A stretch of 64,000 bases of DNA from contig JAGGVQ010000017.1 of NCBI GenBank assembly GCA_021157895.1, forward strand, positions 96,395-160,394, read 5' to 3'. Shown piece by piece: positions 19,685 to 28,065 of the stretch. The position numbers and the translations under genes are program-made. Under the pieces are notes generated by a model. That model was not told where the DNA came from. It ran no database searches and was given only the letters and a program-made list of their open reading frames with translations. Position 1 is the first letter of the stretch, and every line of letters begins with the position of its first letter. Source of the DNA: Dehalococcoidia bacterium (lineage in GTDB: Bacteria > Chloroflexota > Dehalococcoidia > GIF9 > AB-539-J10).

Positions 19685-19969
19685 TCAGTATTTTATGCTA
19701 AATCTGTTGAATTGCCCCGAATAGCCCGACCATTCTGTTTGTATTTTTTTCACCTTAGCGGAGGGCGGGCCTATTTCAAGTTGTTTTACCAGTTGTTCTA
19801 ATTGCTCTTGGTTTCCTTCAGCTATGACCTCCACAGCATTGCCGCCGGGGAGATTGCACACATATCCCTTCAGCGCTAAATTGTTTGCTATATCTTGCAC
19901 AAAGTAGCGATAAAATACTCCCTGTACGCGACCCTGAATAATTGCTCGGACTTGAGCTAATTCTGCCAT
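19685..19969 (-). CDS. acyP: Acylphosphatase
   Basis: 94 aa. IQGRVQGVFYRYFV and LKGYVCNLPGGNAVEV match the acylphosphatase signatures. Confidence 0.88.
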   Translation of the reverse strand: MAELAQVRAIIQGRVQGVFYRYFVQDIANNLALKGYVCNLPGGNAVEVIAEGNQEQLEQLVKQLEIGPPSAKVKKIQTEWSGYSGQFNRFSIKY

Positions 19970-20017
19970 TCTGATGTTCTTGGTTAAAAGATTGTGTTGT
20001 TATCCTGCTGACACATA

Positions 20018-20161
20018 TCACTCGTTGTTTTCATCACTTTTATTTGCTCTTTTCCTCTTGATTACCTCTACATGAGGTGGAGCTTCAGTGATTGGCTTGA
20101 TTTGCTTAGCATCCCTTTTTGTCTTCTTGGGTTCCCTGTGCCGATAATCTCGTCTTCCCAT
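20018..20161 (-). CDS. Candidate 47-aa highly basic small protein (below ORF-track cutoff)
   Basis: Hand translation gives MGRRDYRHREPKKTKRDAKQIKPITEAPPHVEVIKRKRANKSDENNE. The ATG is at 20161, 4 nt after the rnc stop, and GAGGT lies 6 nt upstream. The ORF fills an otherwise empty 196-nt gap between rnc and acyP. Confidence 0.35.
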   Translation of the reverse strand: MGRRDYRHREPKKTKRDAKQIKPITEAPPHVEVIKRKRANKSDENNE

Positions 20162-20165
20162 TGAC

Positions 20166-20861
20166 TTACCTCAACTTCATCCACGCTGATTTGGCTGCTG
20201 CTGTCTCGGCACGTTTTTTGCTGCTTCCCAAACCTCTGCCCACCATTTCTTGGTCTACGAAGACTTCAACGGTGAAACTCTTATCGTGGTCTGGTCCGCG
20301 GGCTTCAACCATGCGATAGCTTGGCGTGGATTGTTTGTTATGCTGGGTATATTCCTGTAGCCATGACTTGTAATCAGGAGGAACCTGTCCTGCCCTTATT
20401 TCCCCTAATAGCGGCTCTAGCTGCTTCAGGGTAAATTGTTTGGCTTGACATAATCCCTGGTCCAGATACAATGCTCCTATTATAGCCTCCAGGGCATTGG
20501 CCAGATTGCTTATCCTGGTTCTACCGTTACACTTAGTTTCACCCTGTCCCATTATTAGGTAGCTCCCCAAATCCAGAGAAGCGGCTATGGAGGACAAAGT
20601 TTCTTGGCAAATCAAGCGGGCACGTATCATGGTTAACTTTCCTTCGGGCAGGTCAGAGAACTCATGGTACAACATCTCTGTTACTACCATTCCGAGAACG
20701 GAATCTCCCAGGAATTCCAGTCGTTCATTATCGGGACCTGGCAGGGAAGTAAAATTAGTGCTTTCATTGGCACAGGAACTATGGGTGAGGGCCTGTTGTA
20801 GTAGCAATGGATTATGGAATGATACGCCCATGTTTTTTTGCCAATCAGCCCAGTTGCCCAT
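20166..20861 (-). CDS. rnc: Ribonuclease III
   Basis: 231 aa with the RNase III signature NERLEFLGDSVL and a C-terminal dsRBD (SKKRAETAAAKSA). Confidence 0.93.
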   Translation of the reverse strand: MGNWADWQKNMGVSFHNPLLLQQALTHSSCANESTNFTSLPGPDNERLEFLGDSVLGMVVTEMLYHEFSDLPEGKLTMIRARLICQETLSSIAASLDLGSYLIMGQGETKCNGRTRISNLANALEAIIGALYLDQGLCQAKQFTLKQLEPLLGEIRAGQVPPDYKSWLQEYTQHNKQSTPSYRMVEARGPDHDKSFTVEVFVDQEMVGRGLGSSKKRAETAAAKSAWMKLR

Positions 20862-20903
20862 ACGGGCAAAGTATAGCAGCGCCTGTATGTCTGCCTCAAC
20901 TTC

Positions 20904-20932
20904 TTGTCTATATACTTGCTGCTGAGTATAAT
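20904..20932 (+). promoter_or_regulatory. Promoter of the tRNA-Gln/tRNA-Glu pair (TTGTCT-N17-TATAAT)
   Basis: TTGTCT is at 20904..20909 and a perfect TATAAT at 20927..20932, with a 17-nt spacer. tRNA-Gln begins 10 nt downstream of the -10. Confidence 0.55.
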
Positions 20933-20941
20933 TGTGCTTGT

Positions 20942-21015
20942 TGGGGATTAGTCTAGCGGTAGGACGACTGACTCTGGATCAGTTAGGCCAGGTTCGAATC
21001 CTGGATCCCCAGCCA
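20942..21015 (+). tRNA. tRNA-Gln (CUG), CCA encoded
   Basis: Hand-folded 74-nt cloverleaf: TGGGGAT TA GTCT AGCGGTA GGAC G ACTGA CTCTGGA TCAGT TAGG CCAGG TTCGAAT CCTGG ATCCCCA G CCA. It has a U1-A72 first pair. Confidence 0.9.
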
Positions 21016-21018
21016 AGT

Positions 21019-21095
21019 GGCGCATTCGTCTAGGGGTTGAGGACACCTCCCTCTCAAGGAGGAGATCACCGGTTCGAATCCGGTATGCGCTACCA
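21019..21095 (+). tRNA. tRNA-Glu (CUC), CCA encoded
   Basis: Hand-folded 77-nt cloverleaf: GGCGCAT TC GTCT AGGGGTTGA GGAC A CCTCC CTCTCAA GGAGG AGATC ACCGG TTCGAAT CCGGT ATGCGCT A CCA. It has a G1/U72 wobble pair and a 9-nt D-loop. It starts 3 nt after tRNA-Gln. Confidence 0.88.
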
Positions 21096-21185
21096 ATTTT
21101 TCATCTCTTGGCTTACCTTTTTCCTACATCTCTGGGCAATGCCTCGCACTACTAGGGAAAATATTCTCCATCTCGCCAAAACCTA

Positions 21186-21214
21186 TTGACTTCATCCCAA
21201 CCCTAAGTTACACT
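21186..21214 (+). promoter_or_regulatory. Sigma70-like promoter of the membrane-protein gene (TTGACT-N17-TACACT)
   Basis: TTGACT is at 21186..21191 and TACACT at 21209..21214. An AT-rich leader follows, with AAGGAGG (21236..21242) 10 nt before the ATG at 21253. Confidence 0.45.
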
Positions 21215-21252
21215 AAAAATAGTAATATTATTTTAAAGGAGGTAACAGTGTA

Positions 21253-22638
21253 ATGGGATTACCACGACCGAGTGATAGCAGGCCGCTGGGGGCAGAGCAG
21301 CAGTCCCGTGGCGGTAAGCTAATGTTCCGTATCCCGCTTGTGGACTATGAGTGGCAGTGGGGAGACTTCATTCAGGGTGCCATTCTGTGCGCTGTCCCGC
21401 TAGGTATCATTCCGGGCATGCAGGCTGTACTGGACATACCTTTTGATGTGGCTGCCATGATGGTCATGATCAACAACTTCATGTATCTGTGGCACACCCA
21501 CTTTGGTGACCCGTCTGTGGCAGGCTGGATCACGCCAGGAATTCCGCTGTATATGGCCTTTATGGCTAATTATGCCTTTGGGCCTGAGCGAGTTCAGGCA
21601 CTGATAGCCTTGCAGATAGAAGTTGCCATCATATTCCTGCTTCTGGGTTTGACGGGAGGAACCAAGTTCATTCCTCATGTTCCAGCATCCATCCGAGCAT
21701 CTGTCGTGTTAGGTGCGGGCATCGCCTCGGCGGTGAAGATCTTTAATACTACCAATGGCTATATCTTCAAGGTCCCCTGGGCTCTGGGAATTTCCCTCGC
21801 CTTCTCGTTCTTTATGCTATATGCCACGCGATCTCTGGCCATGAAGAAGAAATATGCTGCGTGGCGATGGATTGCCCAGTTTGGTATTGCCCCGGGTTTC
21901 ATTATCGGGTACATTGTGGGTTTGCTCACAGGTGAATTTGCTGCGCCAACACTTGCATATGGCTTGATTCCGTTACCTATGGGCGAGTTGTTTGCCAATT
22001 GGAACCTGTTTGGCGTGGGTATGCCCTCGGGTGCTATCTGGATTTCGGCTATTCCCATGGCCATCACGGCTTACATCCTTGCCTTTGGCGATATTCTGAT
22101 TGTGGGAAGTATCCTAGATCAGCAGAATCAGGTCACCAGGCTAGATCAGACTGCTCCTGATGAACTGGTAGTGTTTCGGCCGGCGAGGAATAGTATTATC
22201 ACCGGTGGCCGTAACCTGGTAGAGGGTATCTTTATGCCCTACCTGGGTCTTTGTGGTCCGCAGTGGACTGGAGGACAGGCCATCGTTTCCCAGAGGTTTG
22301 CTTCCACGAGCAAGAAAGACTTCCCTACCTATTGGGGAGGTGCGACCTCCCTGTTCTGGGGCATGAGCATCTTCTTGGGATGGAGCTTAATTGTGACAGC
22401 GCTGAAGCCGGCGCTGCTCGTTGGGTTTGGACTTACCCTTGGTATTCAGGTATGGCTATGTGGCTATGTAGCCATGAGCATGGTTACTAACAATCTGGAG
22501 CGAGGAATCGCAGCCTTTGCAGGTACTATTGTTGGCTTGATACCGGGAAAGCCTTACGGCTTGGGAACTGCAGTTCTGCTATGGCTGCTTCTTGAGCTGT
22601 CAGGTAAAGGTGTAGAAGAGAAGAGTATGACTGCCTGA
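21253..22638 (+). CDS. Polytopic integral membrane protein, putative transporter of unrecognised family
   Basis: 461 aa with at least 10 hydrophobic segments and a strong SD. I cannot place the family by eye. There is a loose resemblance to NCS2/SulP-type permeases only. Confidence 0.75.
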   Translation: MGLPRPSDSRPLGAEQQSRGGKLMFRIPLVDYEWQWGDFIQGAILCAVPLGIIPGMQAVLDIPFDVAAMMVMINNFMYLWHTHFGDPSVAGWITPGIPLYMAFMANYAFGPERVQALIALQIEVAIIFLLLGLTGGTKFIPHVPASIRASVVLGAGIASAVKIFNTTNGYIFKVPWALGISLAFSFFMLYATRSLAMKKKYAAWRWIAQFGIAPGFIIGYIVGLLTGEFAAPTLAYGLIPLPMGELFANWNLFGVGMPSGAIWISAIPMAITAYILAFGDILIVGSILDQQNQVTRLDQTAPDELVVFRPARNSIITGGRNLVEGIFMPYLGLCGPQWTGGQAIVSQRFASTSKKDFPTYWGGATSLFWGMSIFLGWSLIVTALKPALLVGFGLTLGIQVWLCGYVAMSMVTNNLERGIAAFAGTIVGLIPGKPYGLGTAVLLWLLLELSGKGVEEKSMTA

Positions 22639-22690
22639 TGCTGCGAACTTAGTGAATGCTTTTGATAGTATCGGACAGTTAGTTGCAAAA

Positions 22691-22725
22691 AGGAAGCAGG
22701 GGGTTTTGCCTCCTGCCTCCTTTTT
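22691..22725 (+). terminator. Rho-independent terminator after the membrane-protein gene
   Basis: AGGAAGCAGGGGG (22691..22703) pairs with CCTCCTGCCTCCT (22709..21), giving 12 bp with one GU pair and one A/C mismatch around a 5-nt loop. A TTTTT run follows. Confidence 0.6.
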
Positions 22726-22765
22726 GTATATACTGAATGCAGCCTGCATTGGTGAGGTGGTGATT

Positions 22766-22978
22766 ATGGCCAAGCGAATATGTTCCACGTGCTGGAAAAG
22801 GTATGATGTGAATGATCAATGGCATGAGTGGCATGGCATGCATGTCTGTCATGAATGCTACAAGCACGGGAGTGTTTGGTTAGAAGACAGGGCAAAGCGC
22901 CAGAAGAGGAAGATATTGGCTATAGTTGTCTGGACACTGACAGCGGCGGCAGCAGGGTATTATCATTTTTTCATGTGA
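22766..22978 (+). CDS. Small zinc-ribbon-like protein with C-terminal TM helix (tail-anchored), unknown function
   Basis: 70 aa starting at the ATG at 22766, with GAGGTGG 5 nt upstream. It has CSTC...CHEC Cys pairs, a basic stretch (RAKRQKRK), then the helix ILAIVVWTLTAAAAGYY. The track start at 22652 would read through the terminator. Confidence 0.5.
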   Translation: MAKRICSTCWKRYDVNDQWHEWHGMHVCHECYKHGSVWLEDRAKRQKRKILAIVVWTLTAAAAGYYHFFM

Positions 22979-23127
22979 GCGTCTTCTGGCCTGCGGAAAG
23001 ATCACTGGTGAGATTTTCCCATAGTGGCGGCAGCTATGGTGTATCAGGTGTTGCTGGAATGATGATGTTGCTTGTGATATGATGACGGGAACTTCTAACA
23101 GGAAGGATTGGTGAAATAACAAACAAC

Positions 23128-23907
23128 ATGGAAGGTATTTCGGTGAAGGAGCTTTTGGAAGCAGGAGCTCACTTTGGTCATTATACTAGCTATCGAAATC
23201 CCAACATGCAGAAATATATTTTCACTCAGCGCAATGGTATACATATCATTGACCTGGAGAAAACAGCCCTTATGTTGTCTCAAGCGTGTGCTTATGTACG
23301 CGACCTTGTAGCTGATGGGCAGACTATTCTCTTTGTAGGGACTAAGAAGCAAGCTCAAGATGTGGTGCAAGAAGAGGCCCAGAGATGTGAGATGTTCTAT
23401 GTTAATCAGAGATGGTTAGGAGGTACGCTGACCAATTTTGTCACGATACAGGGCCGTATTGATTATCTGGTACGCTTGGAAGATCGCAGGGATAAGGGGG
23501 AGTTCGATTACTTGCCCAAGAAGGAGCGGGCTAAGCTGGAAAAGGAGATTCTGCGCTTGAACATGTTGCTGGGAGGATTTAAGGAGATGTCCCAGTTACC
23601 CCAAGCTTTGTTTATTGTTGATCCGATCAAGGATAAACTTGCCTTCACTGAAGCTAAGAAACTGGATATTCCTGTTGTAGCCATAGCTGATACCAATACC
23701 AATCCCGATAGTATCGATTATCCTATTCCTGCTAATGACGATGCCATTAAGACAATCAAACTGGTTTGCAGTAAGATAGCTGATGCTGTGATTGAGGGGA
23801 GGGCGATGCGGGAGGCGGAGCAAGAGGCCACTGAATTGGCAGCTGCGGAGTCTGAGGAGCCGGTCGAAGTGTTTGGCTCCTACACATTTGAGCCGGAGGA
23901 GGGTTAA
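23128..23907 (+). CDS. rpsB: 30S ribosomal protein S2
   Basis: 259 aa. [20 protein letters not shown] and the acidic C-terminus are typical of S2. tsf follows. Confidence 0.95.
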   Translation: MEGISVKELLEAGAHFGHYTSYRNPNMQKYIFTQRNGIHIIDLEKTALMLSQACAYVRDLVADGQTILFVGTKKQAQDVVQEEAQRCEMFYVNQRWLGGTLTNFVTIQGRIDYLVRLEDRRDKGEFDYLPKKERAKLEKEILRLNMLLGGFKEMSQLPQALFIVDPIKDKLAFTEAKKLDIPVVAIADTNTNPDSIDYPIPANDDAIKTIKLVCSKIADAVIEGRAMREAEQEATELAAAESEEPVEVFGSYTFEPEEG

Positions 23908-23918
23908 CACGTATTTTT

Positions 23919-24422
23919 ATGGGAATCTCTATCAAGGCGGTTAAGGAAGTAAGGGATAGGACTGATGTTGGCATCCTTGAATGTAAGCAAGCATTGTTGG
24001 AATCTCAAGGAGATGTTGATGCTGCTGTCCATAGATTGAAGATTTCTGGATTGGCTTTAGCTGAGCGAAAGAGGGAACGCTCTGCAGGCGAAGGTGTTAT
24101 CGAATCCTATGTTCACCATAATGGCAGGGTGGGGGTCCTGGTAGAAGTAAATTGTGAGACGGATTTTGTTGCTCGCACTGATGAGTTTAAAAAACTGGCG
24201 CATGATTTGGCTATGCAAATTGCTGCTACATCACCTCAGTATATCTCTGCCGAAGAAATGCCAGAGGATGTGGACCTGAACCCGCAGGAAGTCTGTCTTC
24301 TTTCTCAGCCTTTCGTCCGAGAGCCTGGCAGGGTAGTCCAGGAGATTATTGCTCAAACAGTCGCCAAGATGGGAGAGAACATCAGGGTGCGTCGGTTTGC
24401 TAAATTTGAGCTTGGTGATTGA
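23919..24422 (+). CDS. tsf: Elongation factor Ts (short 167-aa form)
   Basis: It has an N-terminal UBA-like domain ([30 protein letters not shown]) and a core segment ([16 protein letters not shown]). It is much shorter than the 283-aa E. coli type. Confidence 0.9.
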   Translation: MGISIKAVKEVRDRTDVGILECKQALLESQGDVDAAVHRLKISGLALAERKRERSAGEGVIESYVHHNGRVGVLVEVNCETDFVARTDEFKKLAHDLAMQIAATSPQYISAEEMPEDVDLNPQEVCLLSQPFVREPGRVVQEIIAQTVAKMGENIRVRRFAKFELGD

Positions 24423-24452
24423 TTTCTCCGACTCTGTCTTTATTAGAGGGTA

Positions 24453-25013
24453 ATGATGGTTGATGAAGCTCTCCATGAAATGAGCTTGATGATGCAAAAG
24501 GCTGTTGATGGTTTAGCTCAACAGTTGACTACAATTCGGACTGGTCGGGCTACGCCGGCTTTGCTAGAAAATCTCAAGATTGATTATCATGGTGTTGCAG
24601 TGCCGTTGCAGCACCTGGCATCGATATCCACTTCGGGTGCTAGTTTGATCGTTGTTCAGCCTTGGGAGCGCGCATCACTGAAAAGTATTGAGAAAGCTAT
24701 TCTTAAGTCTGACTTGGGCCTTAATCCCACAAATGACGGCAGTGTGCTTCGAGTTGTTGTTCCTCCTCTGAGTGAAGAACGTCGTGTTGAACTGGTCAAG
24801 GTTGTTTCAAAGAGGGTGGAGGAACGCAGAGTTACGCTGCGTAATTTGCGACGAGATGGGGTAGAGAAATTACGACAAGCTGAGAGAAGCAAAGATATAT
24901 CCCAGGATGATCTCAGTAATGCCCTTAAGAAGGTTCAGAAAATCACCGATGCCTTTATGGAAAAGGTGCATCTTATAGGTCAGGATAAGGAAAAGGAGCT
25001 AAGGGAATTTTAG
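24453..25013 (+). CDS. frr: Ribosome recycling factor
   Basis: 186 aa. RTGRATPALLE, PPLSEERR and LRNLRRD are typical of RRF. Confidence 0.93.
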   Translation: MMVDEALHEMSLMMQKAVDGLAQQLTTIRTGRATPALLENLKIDYHGVAVPLQHLASISTSGASLIVVQPWERASLKSIEKAILKSDLGLNPTNDGSVLRVVVPPLSEERRVELVKVVSKRVEERRVTLRNLRRDGVEKLRQAERSKDISQDDLSNALKKVQKITDAFMEKVHLIGQDKEKELREF

Positions 25014-25076
25014 CTCTACTGATTAACTTTCTATAACACATTGGATCATAACAGCTTGAATAGAGAGGGTTCTCAC

Positions 25077-25883
25077 ATGCTTGCCCGACGGATTCTCACT
25101 GCTGTTGTGTGTTTGCTTGTTATTGTTCCTGTCGTATGGTTTGGACCTCCATGGTTTAGTTTGTTTATTGGTGGTGCTGCTGTGGTGGGAACCTTTGAAT
25201 TTCACCGGTTGGTCATCAGCAAAAGTGTTGCTCGCCCCCTGCTTTATTTCGCCCCGGCTTGGTCTTTGGGATTGACCCTGAGCCCATATTATCAGGATAT
25301 ACTGCCTGTGGTTATCACCTTGCCAATTGTGCTATCCCTTGGATGGTTGTTATTGGCACGTTCCTCTCGCGATAAGGCGTTTCATAGCTGGGCATGGACT
25401 ATCGCTGGTGTTTTCTATATTGGTTGGCTACTTAGTTATTGGTTGCAGTTAGATGCCTTGTCCAATGGCCGGGCATGGGTATATCTTGCCTTGTTTACTA
25501 CGTTTGCCAGCGATTCAAGTGCCTTTCTGGTAGGCCGGAACTGGGGGAGACACAGGCTTGACCCTGGAATAAGTCCAAGGAAGACCTGGGAGGGTGTTGT
25601 TGGCGGCTTTATCGGCGCCGTTTTAGGAGCCATCATCATAATGCGTATTGTCGGGCTCTTTTCCTCCTTATTCCTGCCTATCTGGCAGGTAGTCATTTTT
25701 GGTTTACTTGTGAGCTTGTTGGCTCAGTTTGGCGATTTGGTGGAATCACTGTTTAAGCGTAATATGGGGGTTAGATCCTCAAGCAACCTGCTTCCAGGTC
25801 ATGGAGGAGTACTTGATCGGTTAGATAGCCTGATTTTTGTGGGGGTAGGAGCATACTATTATGCGGCATGGCTGGTGATGTAA
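25077..25883 (+). CDS. cdsA: Phosphatidate cytidylyltransferase
   Basis: Multi-TM protein with the CdsA signature SLFKRNMGVRSSSNLLPGHGGVLDRLDS. The ATG at 25077 is preceded by GAGAGGG 7 nt upstream. The track ORF starts at TTG 25041. Confidence 0.9.
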   Translation: MLARRILTAVVCLLVIVPVVWFGPPWFSLFIGGAAVVGTFEFHRLVISKSVARPLLYFAPAWSLGLTLSPYYQDILPVVITLPIVLSLGWLLLARSSRDKAFHSWAWTIAGVFYIGWLLSYWLQLDALSNGRAWVYLALFTTFASDSSAFLVGRNWGRHRLDPGISPRKTWEGVVGGFIGAVLGAIIIMRIVGLFSSLFLPIWQVVIFGLLVSLLAQFGDLVESLFKRNMGVRSSSNLLPGHGGVLDRLDSLIFVGVGAYYYAAWLVM

Positions 25884-27004
25884 AGAGGATAGCTATACTG
25901 GGATCGACTGGCTCTATCGGCCAACAGACTCTCGATGTTATCCGCGGCTTATCTCATAAGTTTGAAGTAGTAGGTCTGGCTGGTGGTAATAACCTTCGTT
26001 TGTTAGAACAGCAGGTAAAAGAGTTCCATCCTAGATTGATTTACTTCGTCGCTAAGCCGCAAATCTCCTATCAAGGGGAATTTACTTCGATGGAGCAAAT
26101 GGCTTCTCATACCGATGTTGATCTTGTTGTCGTAGCTACTTCAGGTAAAGCAGGCTTAAGTCCCACTCTGGCTGCCTTGAGGGCAGGCAAGAGTATTGCT
26201 CTAGCCAATAAAGAAGCGCTGGTGATGGCGGGAGAGATGGTTATCACTGCAGCTAATTTACATAAAACTCAGATTTTACCTGTTGATAGTGAGCACAGTG
26301 CTATTTGGCAGTGTCTGCGAGGGGAAAATAGTAAGCCGCAGCAAATCATTTTAACGGCCTCGGGAGGGCCCTTCTATCGCTATCTTCCCGTGCAGATGAG
26401 GCAGGTGACTCCTGAGCAGGCTTTGCACCATCCTACATGGAGGATGGGGAAGAAGGTTACTGTTGACTCTGCCACACTGATGAATAAGGGGCTGGAGGTT
26501 ATTGAAGCTCACTGGCTCTTTTCTGTTCCCTTTCAGAACATCAGGGTGCTTGTTCATCCCCAGAGCATAATTCATTCTATGGTAGAGTTTGTCGATGGTT
26601 CGATTAAAGCACAGCTTGGTTTTCCCGATATGCGGATGCCTATACAGCATGCCCTTTGTTACCCTGAGAGATTTCCTAGTGAGATGCTGCCGCATATTGA
26701 CTGGTCCAGTATTCACAATCTTGAGTTTGAGCCACTGGATCCTGATAGATTTCCATGTTTTCGTTTAGCGTTACAAGCGGGAGAGCTTGGGGGCACTTAT
26801 CCTGCAGCGTTGTGTGCTGCTGATGAGGTTGCCGTGGATTTTTTCTTGCAAGGGCGGCTTTCCTTCGCTAGTATTGCTGAAGTGATAGATAGCGTGTTGC
26901 AGCAGCATGATGATGTAATTCATCCTTCCCTGGAGGAAATTCTTGTTGCAGATGAGAGGGCCAGAGAAGCAGCGTTGGCAGCAGCCGGGAGAGAAATTTT
27001 ATGA
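25868..27004 (+). CDS. dxr: 1-deoxy-D-xylulose-5-phosphate reductoisomerase
   Basis: 378 aa with ILGSTGSIG, LANKEALV and DSEHSA. It overlaps the cdsA end by 16 nt. Confidence 0.93.
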   Translation: MAGDVKRIAILGSTGSIGQQTLDVIRGLSHKFEVVGLAGGNNLRLLEQQVKEFHPRLIYFVAKPQISYQGEFTSMEQMASHTDVDLVVVATSGKAGLSPTLAALRAGKSIALANKEALVMAGEMVITAANLHKTQILPVDSEHSAIWQCLRGENSKPQQIILTASGGPFYRYLPVQMRQVTPEQALHHPTWRMGKKVTVDSATLMNKGLEVIEAHWLFSVPFQNIRVLVHPQSIIHSMVEFVDGSIKAQLGFPDMRMPIQHALCYPERFPSEMLPHIDWSSIHNLEFEPLDPDRFPCFRLALQAGELGGTYPAALCAADEVAVDFFLQGRLSFASIAEVIDSVLQQHDDVIHPSLEEILVADERAREAALAAAGREIL

Positions 27005-28053
27005 GCAGCATAGCAGTGATGGTCTTAGCCTTCTTCGCTATGTTAGCGGTGCTTATACTTAGCCATGAATTTGGGCATTTCATTGCTGCCAAGCGCAGCG
27101 GGGTTAAGGTAGAGGAATTTGGTTTTGGCTATCCTCCTCGCCTGTTTAGCGTAAAGAGGGGGGAGACGGAGTATTCGTTTAATCTCCTGCCTCTCGGCGG
27201 ATTTGTAAAGCTATTTGGGGAGGAAGGCCCAGCACTCCCCCGTAGTTTTGCCAGCAAGCGAATTTCCATCAGGTTCCTGATACTTGCTGCGGGCCCCCTG
27301 ATGAACCTGCTGTTGCCCGTGGTGTTTTTCTCTGCCAGTTTCATTGTGCCCCACGACATATTGGTGGAGCAAGTTCAAATACAGGATGTGGCTGCAAACT
27401 CACCAGCAGAAGTGGGGGGAATGGAAATTGGGGATACTATTCTCATGGTAAATGGGAACGAGATTGAGAATCGTGGTGAGTTGGGATACTACATCATGTT
27501 GGGGTTGGGTACGGATACTGATATATTGCTCCAGAAAGAGGATTTGAGCCAAACCACAGTTACTGTGGTACCGAGGTGGGACCCTCCGGAGGGGCAGGGG
27601 GCAGTTGGCATAATGGTTGCCGGCGTGGATAGCCAAATTGTACAGCGTTCATATTCCCTGTGGGAGGGAAGCAAGCTTGGTATACAGCAATGCTGGGAGA
27701 CATTGATGCTGTTTCGGAATGTGATCAGGAGCTGGATTATAGGAGCCTCATCCATACAGGTGACTGGGCCTGTGGGAATTGCTCAGATTGCTGGTGATGC
27801 TGCCCGGGCGGGGATCAGCTCGCTAATGGCACTTACTGCTCTTGTCAGCCTTAATTTGGCTATAATAAACCTGTTGCCTTTTCCTGCACTGGATGGAGGT
27901 AGAATGGTTTTTCTAGTTGTGGAATTGCTGCGTCGTGGCAAGAAGATATCTTTCAAAGTGGAGCAGAAGGTTAATTTTATTGGTTTTGCCACGCTGATAT
28001 TTATAATGTGCGTGGTAACATATTTTGATATCATTCGTGTTATTCAGGGATAG
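27001..28053 (+). CDS. rseP: RIP metalloprotease RseP (M50 site-2 protease with PDZ domain)
   Basis: 350 aa with the HEFGHF zinc motif, a central PDZ-like region, and the C-terminal NLLPFPALDGG motif. Confidence 0.9.
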   Translation: MSSIAVMVLAFFAMLAVLILSHEFGHFIAAKRSGVKVEEFGFGYPPRLFSVKRGETEYSFNLLPLGGFVKLFGEEGPALPRSFASKRISIRFLILAAGPLMNLLLPVVFFSASFIVPHDILVEQVQIQDVAANSPAEVGGMEIGDTILMVNGNEIENRGELGYYIMLGLGTDTDILLQKEDLSQTTVTVVPRWDPPEGQGAVGIMVAGVDSQIVQRSYSLWEGSKLGIQQCWETLMLFRNVIRSWIIGASSIQVTGPVGIAQIAGDAARAGISSLMALTALVSLNLAIINLLPFPALDGGRMVFLVVELLRRGKKISFKVEQKVNFIGFATLIFIMCVVTYFDIIRVIQG

Positions 28054-28065
28054 TTTCGTTATATT

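Noticed and set aside
22652-22765. An upstream extension of the small zinc-ribbon ORF (track start at 22652).
   Set aside because: The extension would read through the intrinsic terminator at 22691..22725. The ATG at 22766 has a GAGGTGG SD at 5-nt spacing.
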